A stretch of DNA of 64,000 nucleotides from the human T2T-CHM13v2.0 reference genome, Homo sapiens. Positions 45,480 to 59,692 of the stretch are shown in pieces. Position numbers and translations under genes: made by a program. The stretch lies in NCBI RefSeq assembly GCF_009914755.1, contig NC_060926.1; one strand, written 5' to 3'. The stretch's first letter is position 1; each line of letters starts with the position of its first letter. The notes beneath the pieces were generated by a model, which was not told where the DNA came from, made no database searches, and worked only from the letters and a program-made list of their open reading frames with translations.

Positions 45480-47280
45480 TTAAAACTGTAGAGTCAACTT
45501 CCAGGACACCACTTCTTAAGTAGGTCATAAAATCTAAAAGTCAAACAGGAAGACTGATAACTATACCCAAATTAAAAACCTTACATGTCCAAAAGAAACT
45601 AAAAGTCAAAAAACACAAAAAAAGGTTTACAACATATATACAGTAAAAAGATTAACATTCCAAATATAGTAAGATATGAAAAAACTAAAAATATTCAGAA
45701 ATCAAGGTTTTATCTAACATAATGGTAAAAATTTCAAAGTCTTGCTATAATAGAGCAGCAACTGAAAGCTGAAAGAACTGAGCAGAAAACTGAACCACTG
45801 CTGAGTCTGAATCTAGCTAAGTATTCAAGTCTTTGCCTGAAAGAACAAAAACCACTCTTCAGAGAAACATAGCAAAGTCAAGACTCTTCCCTAATATGAT
45901 ATTCTATATGCATCAAAAGGCAATGGACATGAGAAGAAATATGGAAGACATGACTCTTACTCCAGACAAAACTAGTCCATAGAAACCAACGCTAAGATGC
46001 CCCAGATTCTGATACTGCCACATAGATTTTAAAGCTGCTACTAAAAAATGTTCAAGAATTATGGAAGAACATACACATAATAAATAGACGAGGAAATATC
46101 TGCAGAAAAGAAGGAACTATTTTTTTTAAAAGGCAGTGGATTGCAGAGATGAAAAGTAAAATAACTGAAGTAAAAGACTCACTAGGCACTTCAAGCCAAG
46201 ACAGAATAACACACTAGATTTACTCTTGCCTGAAACAACCGAAGAGCAAAATATATGGAGCAATAGTTTTTATGGCAACTAACAGCAGGCAATAAAGGGC
46301 AGCAATCCCTGAGACACAGGAAACAAGTGAGGTGAGCCCTGACTATAGGGCAGGAAAGCAGGCCCAGTGGAGTCCAGGAGACTCCCTGAGAGCAAGAGAC
46401 ATAGCTGAGAGTTTGGGGAGGCCAAGGTGGGCAGAGTCCCAGAGAAAACCAGAGAGCTACACAGAGAGAGAACTCTGAAGATATGCAGAGGGTCCCACTG
46501 GAATACTGGTGAGCTCAGTATTGATCAGAACATGCAGCTGAGAAAACTACCCAAGGCCAGGAAAGAATTACTCAACGGAATTAGAGGAAACAGTGCTCCA
46601 TGCTCACACAGACTAAAACTTCACTGCTCATGTAGCAATGGATATAGTAGGCAAAGGGTCTTGCCTCAGCAGTAGGGACTAATTAGCCTAAAAAAGAGGC
46701 TTAATCAATAAAAATAGAGGAAAAAATAAGAGAAGAATCAATGAAACCAAAAGTTCATTCTTTGAAAGATCAATAAAATGAGTGGTTCATAACTGTAACC
46801 CCAGCACTTTAGGAGGCTGAAACAGGAGGATCACTTAAAGCCTATAAGGCCAGCCTGGACAATAAAGCAAGACCCCTGTCTCTACAAAAAAATTTAAAAA
46901 TTAGCCAGGTGTGGTGACTCATGCTTGTAGTCCCAGCTACTTAGGAGGCTGAGGCAGGAGGATCACTTGAGCACAGGAGTTCTGGAGTTACAATGAGATG
47001 ATCATGCCACTGGACTCCAGCCTGGACAACAGAGAAAAACCCTGTCTCAAAACAAACAAACAAACAAAAAGATCAATAAAACTGATAAACCTCTAGCCAC
47101 ACTGATCAAAGGAAAAAAAAGAGAGAAGACAGAGGAATGAAAGAGGTGACATCACTACAGATACCACAGATATTAAAAGGATAATAAAGAAACATTATGA
47201 ACAACTTTGTCAATAAATTTAATAACTTAGACAATATCGATATATCCCTTGAAATACGTAAACTTCCAAAGCTCATTAAA
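45480..47280 (+). mobile_element. Old L1M fragments (interrupted by the Alu at 46782)
   Basis: aatcaatgaaaccaaaagttcattctttgaaagatcaataaaa...gacatcactacagataccacagatattaaaaggataataa is L1 ORF2-like; boundaries approximate. Confidence 0.6.
46782..47070 (+). mobile_element. AluJ-like element
   Basis: Dimeric Alu flanked by repeated aaagatcaataaaa. Confidence 0.85.
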
Positions 47281-48480
47281 GAGGTTAATTAGGATTTACT
47301 GACAGAAAAGAACTCTGGCACACCAAAGTATTAGGATGTGTTCAATTCTTCCCCTTAGAAAAAGCTCATGATTTCCAGAAATACCAAATAAAACAGAGCT
47401 TAAAGTTAAATTAAGTAAGAAAATGTCTGTTTAGATTAAAATAACTTCTTAAAATAAACAGATAATAGAGCCAGAGCAGATAATCTGGCTCAACCACTTA
47501 AGTTATACCTATACTTGTCAGAAATCTTGTATTTTGTTCTTAATTTTGAAATTATATTTAAATTGTTATTGTTTTGCTTAATAATGACATATTAGCAAGC
47601 TGACATATAAACTCTTTTATATACAAGGACTGGGAATAAATGCTATTTGGAATCTGAAAAAAATGTTGCTACTACCACATGGACAAAGATGTTTTTCACC
47701 ACAGCAGAAAATGTCTACGGTTCTCCCTCTATCCTGTCCCTAGCCCATCCCATACACATAAACCCCTCCTAGGCTCTACAGTTTACTAAACTACAATTAT
47801 TAGCAAATAGCTGCAGCAGATCTCACACAAAAAAATAAATAAAAATTCTTTTTCTATTTTTATTTGAGACATATATAACTATCAATCATACCTTTGGATC
47901 AACATGCAGTAACTTATGCTGATCTATTTCAGAACCAACACAAATAAGCTTAATATGTTAGGCTAAAGTCTGAGGTTTCTCATCATCAGTAAGTATACAG
48001 TTTCCATTAGGATTTTGAAATACTTAAATTTGTTCAAGGATTCCCGTTGTTACCTTCACTGACCTTTAAGAGTTCAGAAATTATACAGGTGTGAAGATTA
48101 TTGCCCTAAAGGAGCTGTGCAGGAAATTATGCATAGTAATGTAAAGACTGAATAAGTAAAATTTAGTCATTTAAACTCAAGTTCTGTCAATTTATAATTA
48201 CTCTCACTCAAAAAGTGAGAATAAGCCAAAATGTTATTTCCATTTTAAAAATGATATATCATACTTCATTAACACGGTTTATACTTAGTAGCATAATCCA
48301 CGACTGATCTGAACCAAAACAACAACAACAAAAAGCAGGGAAGTCTCTAGGACTAGATAATTCTTCTCTATACAGTATTCAAAATATACCTCCTGTTTCT
48401 CCATGCATATGGCATTTACAAGCAGTAAAAGGTATCTGGTAAAGCAAAGTGAAATTCTCATATTCTGTCACATACTATTA

Positions 48481-48777
<297 letters not shown>

Positions 48778-49274
48778 TCATTAGAGATAGCAAACAGTAA
48801 GGCTTTTCTTTGTAATATCTTGTAATAGGAAGGTAGCTGCATTCTTGCCACTGGCATACATTTTCATTCAAACAAGTATATATTAATTTATTCAGTCAAC
48901 AAGTAATAAAGTGGTAAACAAGAGAAAAAGTCACTACCTTCACAGAATTTATATTTCAGTAAGATTTCTGAAAATGTATTAAATAATTGAGAAAAAGTTT
49001 GCTCATAATTCATATATTTACCAAACAACCCCTCTGAAAAGTTTAAAATCTTTTAAAATTTCATTAATGTTCCACAATTTAAACAATTATATCTCAAATG
49101 TGTTTTAAACATGCATTGGATATTATTATCCAAAATTATTTATGGAAAGCAAAGGCTTTGTTCTTTTTCATTCCTAGGTTAAAAAAAAATGTTTTTTTAA
49201 GGGCTAGGGGCTAAGTATATAATCATTTTAGCAAATGATCAAAGAAAATCACATTTTTTAGAAGGGTAAGCTTT

Positions 49275-49896
<622 letters not shown>

Positions 49897-49928
49897 TTAA
49901 AAGAAAAATAAGAATTTGTCCTTATTAC

Positions 49929-49998
49929 CTCTTCTGTGATAATCAATTTCTGGATTTTTCCATCAGGCATTACCCGTTTATACACTGGAGCCTTTATC
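49929..49998 (-). CDS. FARSB: FARSB exon 4 (70 nt)
   Basis: Encodes [23 protein letters not shown]; ag/gtaat boundaries; phase consistent. Confidence 0.96.
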
Positions 49999-50529
49999 CT
50001 AAAATAATATTTAAATGAATTTACTCATAATTAATCAAGACATTATATAAAATAATTACATTCTATGCTGTATATAGGAAGTATACAAAATGAATTAGGG
50101 CAATGGGTTGAGTTACAGCAAGTCAAATTTTGGCTGAACACTAAAAAAAAAAAACAAAAAAAAAAACTAACAAACTTTTTAACATTTAAAGTTGTCCAAA
50201 AATGACATAAGATGCCTCACAGTAATGTATTTCCTATCACTAGCATCCCAGCAGAGGCTACAAACCATTAACTGAGCAACCGTTTAAGGAGCATTTCAAC
50301 ATCAGCTGAGGGACTGGATTAGATAACCTTTAAGTTATGATAGTTATTCTAACCATGAGATTCTGAGCTTCTAGGAAGAAACAGAGCTTATGGAAAATAC
50401 AGATTCCCTGGTTCCATCTGGCCCTACTGAATAAAATAAGTGAAGACAAAGATTTGGTAAATGGTGCATTTTGAAGGCATCTCTAGGGAACTCTTATCAT
50501 AGGGAGAAGTTGGGAACTACTGTTTTAAG

Positions 50530-50690
50530 GCAGTGCTTCTCAAATTTCAATGTGCTTACAATCAATTGGGGAGTTTGTTAAACCACAGATTCTGATTAAT
50601 AGGTGTTGGGTGGCGACTAAGACTGCATTTCTAGTAAGTTCTCATGTGATTCAGATGCTGCTGGTCCATGGACTCACTTTAAGTAGAAAA
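50530..50690. mobile_element. MER5A-like hAT element
   Basis: cagtgcttctcaaa...ttgttaaaccacagattctgat...gatgctgctggtccatggactcacttt. Confidence 0.65.
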
Positions 50691-51068
50691 CATTTTAAGT
50701 TGCTTTCCTAATTCTGTCTGATCATAAAAATCACAAGGTGACTGGTAAAAATACAGATTCTCACTGGGCAGGTTTGGGAAACGAACTCTCAGGAGTTATC
50801 CTTGATCCTAAAATAAAAGCATCTGATTGTCCCATAGGAAACCAACTGAGTCAACTCTAAAATTTTAACCATCCTTAACCTAATGCCTAATTATCACCAT
50901 TTCACCAATACCCATCACTCACCTAAACCCTCACAATTTCAGAATCTAGCCCATCAGTTAGAACTCTTATTCTTTTGCAGCTGACCAGATAATGAAGAAG
51001 TAATCAAAAATAAAAACAATTTTTAATAGCTGTTCATTTTTTTCACTGTATATATTTGTTATCCTCTA

Positions 51069-51380
<312 letters not shown>

Positions 51381-51916
51381 TAAATGAAAAGCTGGAAGGG
51401 GCCTTATAAATCTTCTTCATTATAGATTAGGAAATTGAAACTAGAGAGGCCAACTAACTTGCTCAAGATCACAGAGCCGTCATAAGATCTTTGGTTTTTC
51501 CAGTTAGGAGGCTTCACTCCTGAGCTTCCTTAGAACTCATAATGTAAGGGTATTTATTGCTAGCTCTCCATTTCCTCTCAACTTTTAACACATCCAGTGA
51601 ACTACTCATTCCAATTAGATCACGGAGGGGAATCACACACACCTGCTAAATAATTTTTTAAGACGCCATAAAAGCATTAAACACCAGTTTTAAAATATGT
51701 TCTCAAAGATGAATGGCTATGACTAAAATTTTCATGGAAATTTTCAAATGGCTACAATCTGCATGAATCTAATTCCTCAAATCAACCCTCTATTGAGAGC
51801 TAAAGCTACGTTCCTCTACAAGCTTTTTCCTAGAAATTTAAACATGGCTGCTGATAATGACAAGGAAAGAAAAGAAAACCCAACTTAGCAAAGTCTTTAA
51901 GGAACATATTTCCTTA

Positions 51917-52072
<156 letters not shown>

Positions 52073-52332
52073 CTAAAACAAGCCAAAAAGTAATGATAAA
52101 AATTAAATAATTTAAACTCTCTTTAAAAAGTAAAAGTTGTCAGCCCTATAAGGCAGTAACTACATTATACATATTTTCTATAACAAGAACATGGGATTAT
52201 TATATCCACGACAAAAACAACATGAAAATATTAAGTGTTATAATCATAGCAGACAGAAAAATACTTCAGCTTTAACTGAGTTCAGATATCTGGCAACCTC
52301 AATCACCCCAGAAAAGCACAAATCCATCTAAA

Positions 52333-52545
52333 CAAGGGTCAGCAAGCAATAGCCCCCTGGCCAAATCATACCTGATACTTGTTTTTGTAAATAAAGATTT
52401 ATTGGAACACAGACAGACCCATTCATTTACATATTATCTACTGCTACTTACACACTGCAATAGCTGAGTTGTAACAGAGACTATAGAGCCAAAAAGCCTA
52501 AATATTTACTATCTGGCCCTTTACAGAAAAAGTTTTCCCATCTCA
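52333..52545. mobile_element. MER58A-like hAT element
   Basis: tgtttttgtaaataaagatttattggaacacag...tatttactatctggccctttacagaaaaagttt. Confidence 0.75.
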
Positions 52546-53691
52546 AGCTAAAAGAAAATTAAAACATCACCAAGAACATAAAGTAACAACAACAAAAGTG
52601 TCAAAGGGGTAAAAGAAAGATGATTCACTAAATAAAAGAAACACAACTTCTTATAGGATGACTCTAAAACCTAAATCCTGTGGGCACCCAAGTCCACATG
52701 AGAATGAGAGGGGTAGTATAAAAACTAAAAACAGTCAGAGACCATCAGACACTGGTAAAAATTAGAAGGGATAATAGGTGCAATGGGAAGCAAACTAGTG
52801 ATAGCAAAGGGATAGTGCAGCAGAATGAAGGCAGCCAAGAGGGAGATGACAGAAGAAACACCACTAGAATCACGTTTAATGCAGTGGCAAAGAGTTTAGA
52901 ATATCTCAAGCACCACACTACAGCAGAGTAACAGATTTTCTTAAACATAACCACTGCAGAGAAGTTACACTCTATTCCTTATGTTTACTACAGCAGGGAA
53001 CTGTAAATATATTTAAGAAATTTTCACTTGAAATGATTACAAGTTGTATTCCAACTGTTAATGTTACGCTTTAATTATGTGGAAACTCCACTTAACCAGA
53101 ATTCCTACTATTTCCACCACCAACAACCTGCTAAAATAACTGATGGATTTCTATCAAAATATGTAATGATTTTTGTTTTACATGATGCCCTCCCACTGCC
53201 ACAATATAAGTAGTTCAAATTTTTGTCCAAATTAAGAATTATATCCACATTTGCACAATATGCAGAGAAATTCACTTCTGGCCACGAGTATTATGTGCCA
53301 AAGTCCCACCTGAGGAACCACAGGAGTCTATGCAATGCTGGGGCTGTACAAGGTGGTGCTGGGCTCCAAAAAACCTCTACCTTGGGCATCTCAAACTTAG
53401 GAGGCAAATTTTTATAATTAGGGAAAATGAAAAATGAAAAACAAGAGAATGAAGAGGAGGAGGAAGGAGTAAAAAGGGGGAAAAGAAAAGAAGGGGAATG
53501 GGGAGAGGCAAAAAGAGAAGAGGAAGAATTCGAGTTTAAACAATGTTCAATCAAAGGGGTTAATAAAATTACTGTTTCAATAGTGAAGAAAGCTGAGTCA
53601 CCTCCCAGGAGATGGCAGATCTCAGGAGGGACCTATATACAGAGAAGATAATATAATAACCGGAGAAATGAAGGCATCTGCATTCATTTTT

Positions 53692-54028
53692 CAGCAGCAC
53701 CCCCTTATCCACAGGGGATATGTTTCAAGCTCCCCAGTGGATGCCTGAAACATTGGATAGGACTAAATGTTACATATACCATGTTTCTTCCTATACATAC
53801 ATACCTATGAAAAAGTTTAATTTATAAATTAGGCACAGTAAGAGATTAACAACTAATAATAAAATAGAACAATTAAAATAATATACTATAATAAGAGTAA
53901 TGTGAATGTAGTCTCTTTCTGTCTCAGAATTTCTTATTGTACTATACTCACCTATTTTCAAACCACAGTTTGCTGCAGGTAACCAAAACTGTGGAGGCAA
54001 AAAACTGTGGATAAGGAGGAACTACTGT
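53692..54028. mobile_element. Tigger-family MITE (MER44/MER2 type)
   Basis: TIR-like cagcagcacccccttatccacag...ctgtggataaggaggaactactg. Confidence 0.7.
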
Positions 54029-54666
54029 AAAAAAAGATCTAATTCCTTTGCAAAAAAAAAAAAGACACAGAAGCTTACATCTTCTTTCAGTTTCAGCATC
54101 TCAGCTCATACAATGACCATATGTAAAGACTGAATTTGTCAGTGCTACCTGACAATAATCTTACAGAAATTAAAAATCACATAAATTTCAGAGTCAAAAA
54201 AGAAAACCATAAAGATCATATAATCCAAACCCCTTATTTCACAAATGAAAAGGAGGCCCAGAGAGACTCGTCTGGACTATAGAGTTCAGACAGGCAAAGT
54301 AATTGTCCATAGTTACACAGCTAGTAAATGTTAGAACTAGAACTCAAATAATCTAACATCCAGTCCAACACTCTTAGATATCACATAATTTCAAACATAA
54401 TTCTGAGGTGTAGTAAAATTACGAATAGCAACTTATAAACTACAGAAATCTCAGCCAATTTCTCAAGTATACAAATAGATTAGTACAAGGATGATCTTTC
54501 TGTAACATTAGTAAGGCAGCAGGAAAAATAAGGTAAGATAATGTACAATTTTTTAGCCTGAACATTTTTTAACTTTACACCTAAGGTAGTGTTATAAAAG
54601 CACTGAACAGGTGAAGATAGAAGGCTTAGGAAAAAAATAATACTAACTATCAGAAAATTATCTTTT

Positions 54667-54684
54667 AAATTAAAGTATGTCTTT
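54667..54684. repeat. Target-site duplication, left copy (aaattaaagtatgtcttt), of the TRIM retrocopy
   Basis: Identical 18-mer at 57183-57200; its last three T overlap the tail (T run 54682-54693). Confidence 0.93.
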
Positions 54685-54710
54685 TTTTTTTTTGAGAAAA
54701 AAATTGGGCT

Positions 54711-54716
54711 TTTATT
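54711..54716 (-). terminator. AATAAA polyadenylation signal of the retrocopy
   Basis: tttatt on the plus strand, 17 nt from the start of the tail. Confidence 0.85.
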
Positions 54717-56704
54717 GGCAATTACAAAAGTAATAGATTTTCTTACATAATACGTTCCTTCAGTAATATATTTTTCAAGTATTTTACCGTAGAATTTCTA
54801 AAGTACTTTGTCATTGACCCCATAATTTATTATAAAGTAGGTCCCATAATCACATTTTTTGGAAGTTGCTGAAATTGAGATAAAAAATATTGTTTTTTTA
54901 TGAGAAAAACTGGACAAAATACAGAATGGCCAAAACTAGATTAACTGGCTCAGTTATGTCTACTAGGTGAAAGAAAATACAGAATCTGTTACTGTAGAAA
55001 TTTTAAGAGGTTTTGAGTCAGTTCCAGTATAAAAATAAGGCCAAAGTTCTCCTGTAAAATCATCATTAAAAGTACAGAGAAGAGATCTATCATTCAAATT
55101 ATAAAAGGAAACCTCATTCATTTCACAGTCTAAAAAAATGCCAATCTTACTAGGTGTTACTTTTGGCAGCAGAATAATTTCCTTATGGCCCAATACAATA
55201 TAATTATTCCGACTAGATTACCAAATTCTCCATAATCCATCCTGTACTAAAATTGGTTGACTCTTCCTCCTTCTGGGAGGAGAGTCACTACAGACACCAA
55301 GAATCCATTCAGGCATGTCTTTAACTTCTACTTCCCGGTACTGCCTGCCACAATTTTATCCCTTAGAACCCAGAACAGCTGGGAGCAGATAAAATCTTCT
55401 TGGGTTATGAGGTAAGTTTTGTGTTGTATTTCCATATCGCACAGTTTTTCTATCTTCTGAGACTATAAGTTTACGATGTGCTGCTTCAGGATCTAGAATT
55501 ACATCTACTTGAAATCGCTTGATAATTTTGTTTTGGCCACAATATTGTGGAGACAGATGGTAACCATATTCTTTTAATTTGAATAAAAAAGGTTTAGGGA
55601 ATTTTAAATTCTTATGTCTGTGATAGATATCCTTAACATCAGCCAGTAATTCCAGTTCTGACTTCACATATATGCTCTCTATCTTCTTTAGTAGATATTT
55701 TAATGAGGAGGTATAATCTGAAAATTTTGTTAGGCTTTCATTTAGTTGTGCTAAAATATCCATCTCGTCATCTTGTAATTGCCCAAAAACAGTCTCTTGC
55801 TCATTTTGCAGAAATAACCTAAGTTGCTCAAATTCAGACTTGACTTCTTCTGCCGTATGTTTTACCTTTTTCTTCAGTTCCAGTGATTTTCTGGTTTGTA
55901 TAGTTATGACTTTTTCAATTAGTTCCACTCTCTCCTTCCACGGTGCATTGTATTGCTCCAGTTTTTTCCTGATAGGAGGCAGCCTTCTTTATGGGCCAAA
56001 CACAGCGATGCTGGTGATCAGTGGACAAACTGCACCTTGGACATAAAAGCTCTAGGTCTTTCTGAGAGAAGAAAGTCAAAACCTGATTATGCTTCTTACA
56101 CACATGCTTCTCTTCCTGCCTCTTCCTCTTGCTTCTTAGCTGGAGTTGCTTAGCAATTTCAGTCAAACTACCCAGCTGGGGATTGCTTATAAATTTCCTT
56201 TCTGGACAGCACAAGTGGCAAAAGGGGCAGGGGAAACTATCATCTAGATCCTTCCAGGACATAATGATGCAGGAGAGACAGAAGTTATGCCCACAGCTGA
56301 TGGTCACTGGGTCTTTCAAGTAGTCCAGACAGATGGGACAGCTAGCCTCTGCTCGGAGGTCAGCCAGGGCTGTCACAAATTCTACGGAGCCTGGAACAAA
56401 GATGGTAGGTAAGGTAATTCTTTTATTTTAGCAAGGCCTAGCTCTCTAGAGCTCAAGACCCACTATGCAGTGGATTCCTCCCCAGACCTTGAAATCTGAC
56501 CAGCTTTCAGTTTTACTGACTTGGCATGTTGATGGCAGCTTCTAGAAACTTGTTAAGCCCTCAGCTCCTTAGCTTCAGACTTCACAGCCTGCAGCCTATT
56601 GCATATTAGAACTTATTAGCTGGGCTGCTGCTCTTCCCACTAAATGAAATAAAGTCAAGTTTTCTTCAAGAAAGCAGCCTCAGGTCCAAGATAAGGACTC
56701 CTTC

Positions 56705-56822
56705 CTGTAATCCCAGCTACTCAGGAGGCTGAGGCAGGAGAATCGCCTGAACCCAAGAGGAGGAGGTTGTGGTGAGCCAAGATCGCGCTGTCGCACTCCA
56801 GCCTGGGCAACAGAGTGAAACT
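56705..56822 (+). mobile_element. Alu right-arm fragment in the retrocopy 5'UTR (fossil exonized Alu)
   Basis: ctgtaatcccagctactcagg...gagtgaaact with no poly(A); ends match typical antisense-Alu splice positions. Confidence 0.85.
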
Positions 56823-56837
56823 ATATAAAGCACATTG

Positions 56838-56954
56838 GGCCAGGCATGGTGGCTCACACCTGTAATCTCAGCACTTTGGGAGGCCAAAGCAGTGGATCAC
56901 TTGAGGTCAGCAGTTCGAGAACCAGCCTGGCCAACATGGTAAAACCTCGTCTCT
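56838..56954 (+). mobile_element. Alu left-arm fragment in the retrocopy 5'UTR
   Basis: ggccaggcatggtggctcac...cctcgtctct, cut just before the A-rich linker. Confidence 0.85.
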
Positions 56955-56957
56955 CCT

Positions 56958-57094
56958 TGCATTATAATCACCTGGAGGGCTTGGTAAAAGGTTGCTTGGG
57001 CCACATCCCCAGTTTCTGGTTCAGTAGGGCTGGTTTTTTCCTAAGTTCCCAGATGATGCTGCTGGCCTGCGGACTGTACTTTGTGAACTTATGC
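56958..57094. mobile_element. MER5A-like hAT fragment in the retrocopy 5' end
   Basis: aatcacctggagggcttggtaaaa...ttctggttcagtagg...aagttcccagatgatgctgctgg resembles the MER5A consensus. Confidence 0.7.
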
Positions 57095-57182
57095 TGGAGC
57101 AGATGGATCAGAAACCCCGGCCAGAGGATGCTCAGGACCCATCAAGCCCCCGCGAGGAAGGACTCAGACCCCCAACCCCACC

Positions 57183-57200
57183 AAATTAAAGTATGTCTTT
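57183..57200. repeat. Target-site duplication, right copy, of the TRIM retrocopy
   Basis: Identical to 54667-54684; followed by aa, giving minus-strand tt|aaaga, an L1 endonuclease-like site. Confidence 0.93.
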
Positions 57201-57804
57201 AATAGATAATCATTATTAACAATATTAAAATGTATAGCCGACTTGATTTTTTTAAATATTGTAATCATTATACAATCAAAAGTCAAAGAAAATGCTTCCT
57301 CATTTTTATAAGCAAGTCCTTAAAAAATATTAGTTCATTTTACAAGACCAATGAATATAGTAATGCATTAGTACTGGTTGAAGAGGCACGGAGGAAGGTT
57401 ATGGGGGCAGAGGAGCTGAAGGAGGAGGCGCTGGAAGTGAAGGAGGCAGGGTAACTCTGGTTGAAGCAACATTTCTACTGCTTCTTGGTCCCTTTCTGTG
57501 ATTAATTTGCCAAAGGAGGGAGCTTACTTTCATACTGGGGTTATCTAACACATTCTATCCATTTCCACAGCATGAGCCTGGTAACAAGGTGATTGTAGAT
57601 GGAATAAGGCATGAACTCCTTTTGAGATTTTAGTCAAGGCAACAGACAGACATGGAGCTTAGCCCTCTGAACACAGAAATCATGGCCCACAAACATTATC
57701 ACCTTAGTCTAACTATAAGGTAACAAAGATGAAATACAGTATAACCCTGAAAAATAAGCTTATGCACACAATCTTTGAAAAATAGACAAATATCCAATAC
57801 ATAC

Positions 57805-57860
57805 AATTTCATCAAGCTCCAGACCAAATTCAAAACATAGTTCATCAAATTCTTCGTCAG
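57805..57860 (-). CDS. FARSB: FARSB exon 2 (56 nt)
   Basis: Minus strand ag|CT GAC GAA GAA...GAT GAA ATT|gtatgt encodes (T)DEEFDELCFEFGLELDEI, matching recalled human FARSB. Confidence 0.96.
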
Positions 57861-57999
57861 CTAGGAAAATAAAAAAGGAGATGGTTAATTTCACTCTGTT
57901 CAGTATAAGTGAAAACTACATACAAACTGCATTTTCTTATTACTAATTGCCTTACACCAATCATACTACTAAATATCAGGCATCACATATTATCATTTA

Positions 58000-58338
<339 letters not shown>

Positions 58339-58959
58339 TTAAGATAAAAAAAAGAAAAAACTATTAAAGGCTTGATTAATCTACACTAATATCAACTGTA
58401 GTTTAGGTTACCTGCACTGGGAAGTTTGCATGTACACAGAAGAAAAACACCTGTTCACCTGTTAAGTAGAGATCAGATATAAAGTAGGCTCCAAATCACA
58501 GATCTCACACAACAGAATGTCACATAAGTCCTATCAGGTAAAATGGTCTGAGGTGGCCTGACACTTTTGGCTTTGAAGCCAAGTCAATCAGAGTTTGAAT
58601 TCTATCCCACTTATTAGATCTGAGAGTTTGGCACCTTATGTAAACTTTCTTGGTATCTTGTGTCAACATTACAGCTGCCTCATCTATAAAATGGTATTTC
58701 ACAGCCATTATGGCATGGTACTATTGGAAAGATTTAAATGCTAATGCATAAAATGGACCTGGCATAGTACCCTGAGACACAGTGAGTCTACAATAATTAA
58801 TAGTTTATTAGCAATTAATAAAATAAGTTCTCTTCCTTATTTTAATATTATATCCTACTGTTTAGCTTTTCAGGGTTCTCACATTACCAAAAATTGAACA
58901 CAAAACATCATTAGCAGTATATTCTAGCGAAAACTGGTCTTAAGATTCCTGATTCAGAC

Positions 58960-59685
58960 ACTAAATTTCAATTTAACATCTATGTACTGAGTACCCACCT
59001 TATACCAGGCACTGTACTAGGTACCAGGGTTACAAAGATAAATAAAACACAATTCCTGCCTTAACTACTTCCTCATCTAGTAAAGAAGCCAGATGTGTAA
59101 ATAAATATGACTGTGTTAAGTACAAGGTACAGGGCTGGCACAAAAGAAGTAATCAGTTTCTCTTATGGTCAGCTAAACCTTCACAGAAAGGATGAGTTCG
59201 TTAGGCAGAGATTGTGGGGCGTGAAACAGCATGGCAAATTTGGAAACTCTTAAGTAGTTCAACATGGATGAAACATAAAGTTCATATCAGAAGATATGAT
59301 GGAACAAGGAGAAAGGGGTCAACTAACAATTTGCCCTCTTTCTTACAGGCAGGCAATGGAGAATTATACTGAAGGGATTCTTCGGCTGGGCAAAAACATG
59401 ATTAGATCTGCATTCTAAAGACTGCTCGCAGAGTAGAGGATGGATTGGAGCAGGGAGTCTACTGCAATAGTACAGATGCGATAGTGAAGACTTCATTTAA
59501 AGCAGCACCAGCAAGAATGAGGAAGAAGGGATTAATATGAAAAACGTTAAAGAGGTGGAATGTATAAGGCTCGATGGCCGAATGATGGGAGGTAGGAATA
59601 GGGAGTGTGTAGAAGGAGTCTAAGATGACTCCCCGATCTCTGGTTTGGGGGAAAAAATGGGTGGGGATATCATTAACTAGGGCAG
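58960..59685 (-). mobile_element. L2 fragment
   Basis: tgtactgagtacccaccttataccaggcactgtactagg...gcaatggagaatta...gagtctaagatgactccc. Confidence 0.6.
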
Positions 59686-59692
59686 GTAGTAA

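Larger units (their letters stand above)
54685..57182 (-). pseudogene. Processed pseudogene of the TRIM60/TRIM61 family (TRIM61-like N-terminus) in FARSB intron 2
   Basis: ORF fragments give RING (CPICLDYLKDPVTISCGHNFC), B-box, coiled-coil and PRY-SPRY (VILDPEAAHRKLIVSEDRK; KIGIFLDCE; WPYFYTG). Disabled by start codon GTA (56385-56383), a frameshift near 55970 and in-frame TAA at 55356-55358 and 55218-55220. Has a poly(A) tail and an 18-bp TSD. Confidence 0.95.

Noticed and set aside
53427-53651. Glu/Lys-rich ORF
   Set aside because: It is the translation of a purine-rich low-complexity tract.
54963-56376. TRIM ORF fragments as a functional nested gene
   Set aside because: The start codon is lost (GTA), there is a frameshift near 55970 and two premature TAA codons, a B-box Cys is replaced by Ser (FFSQKD), and SPRY YWEVEV has become YREVEV.
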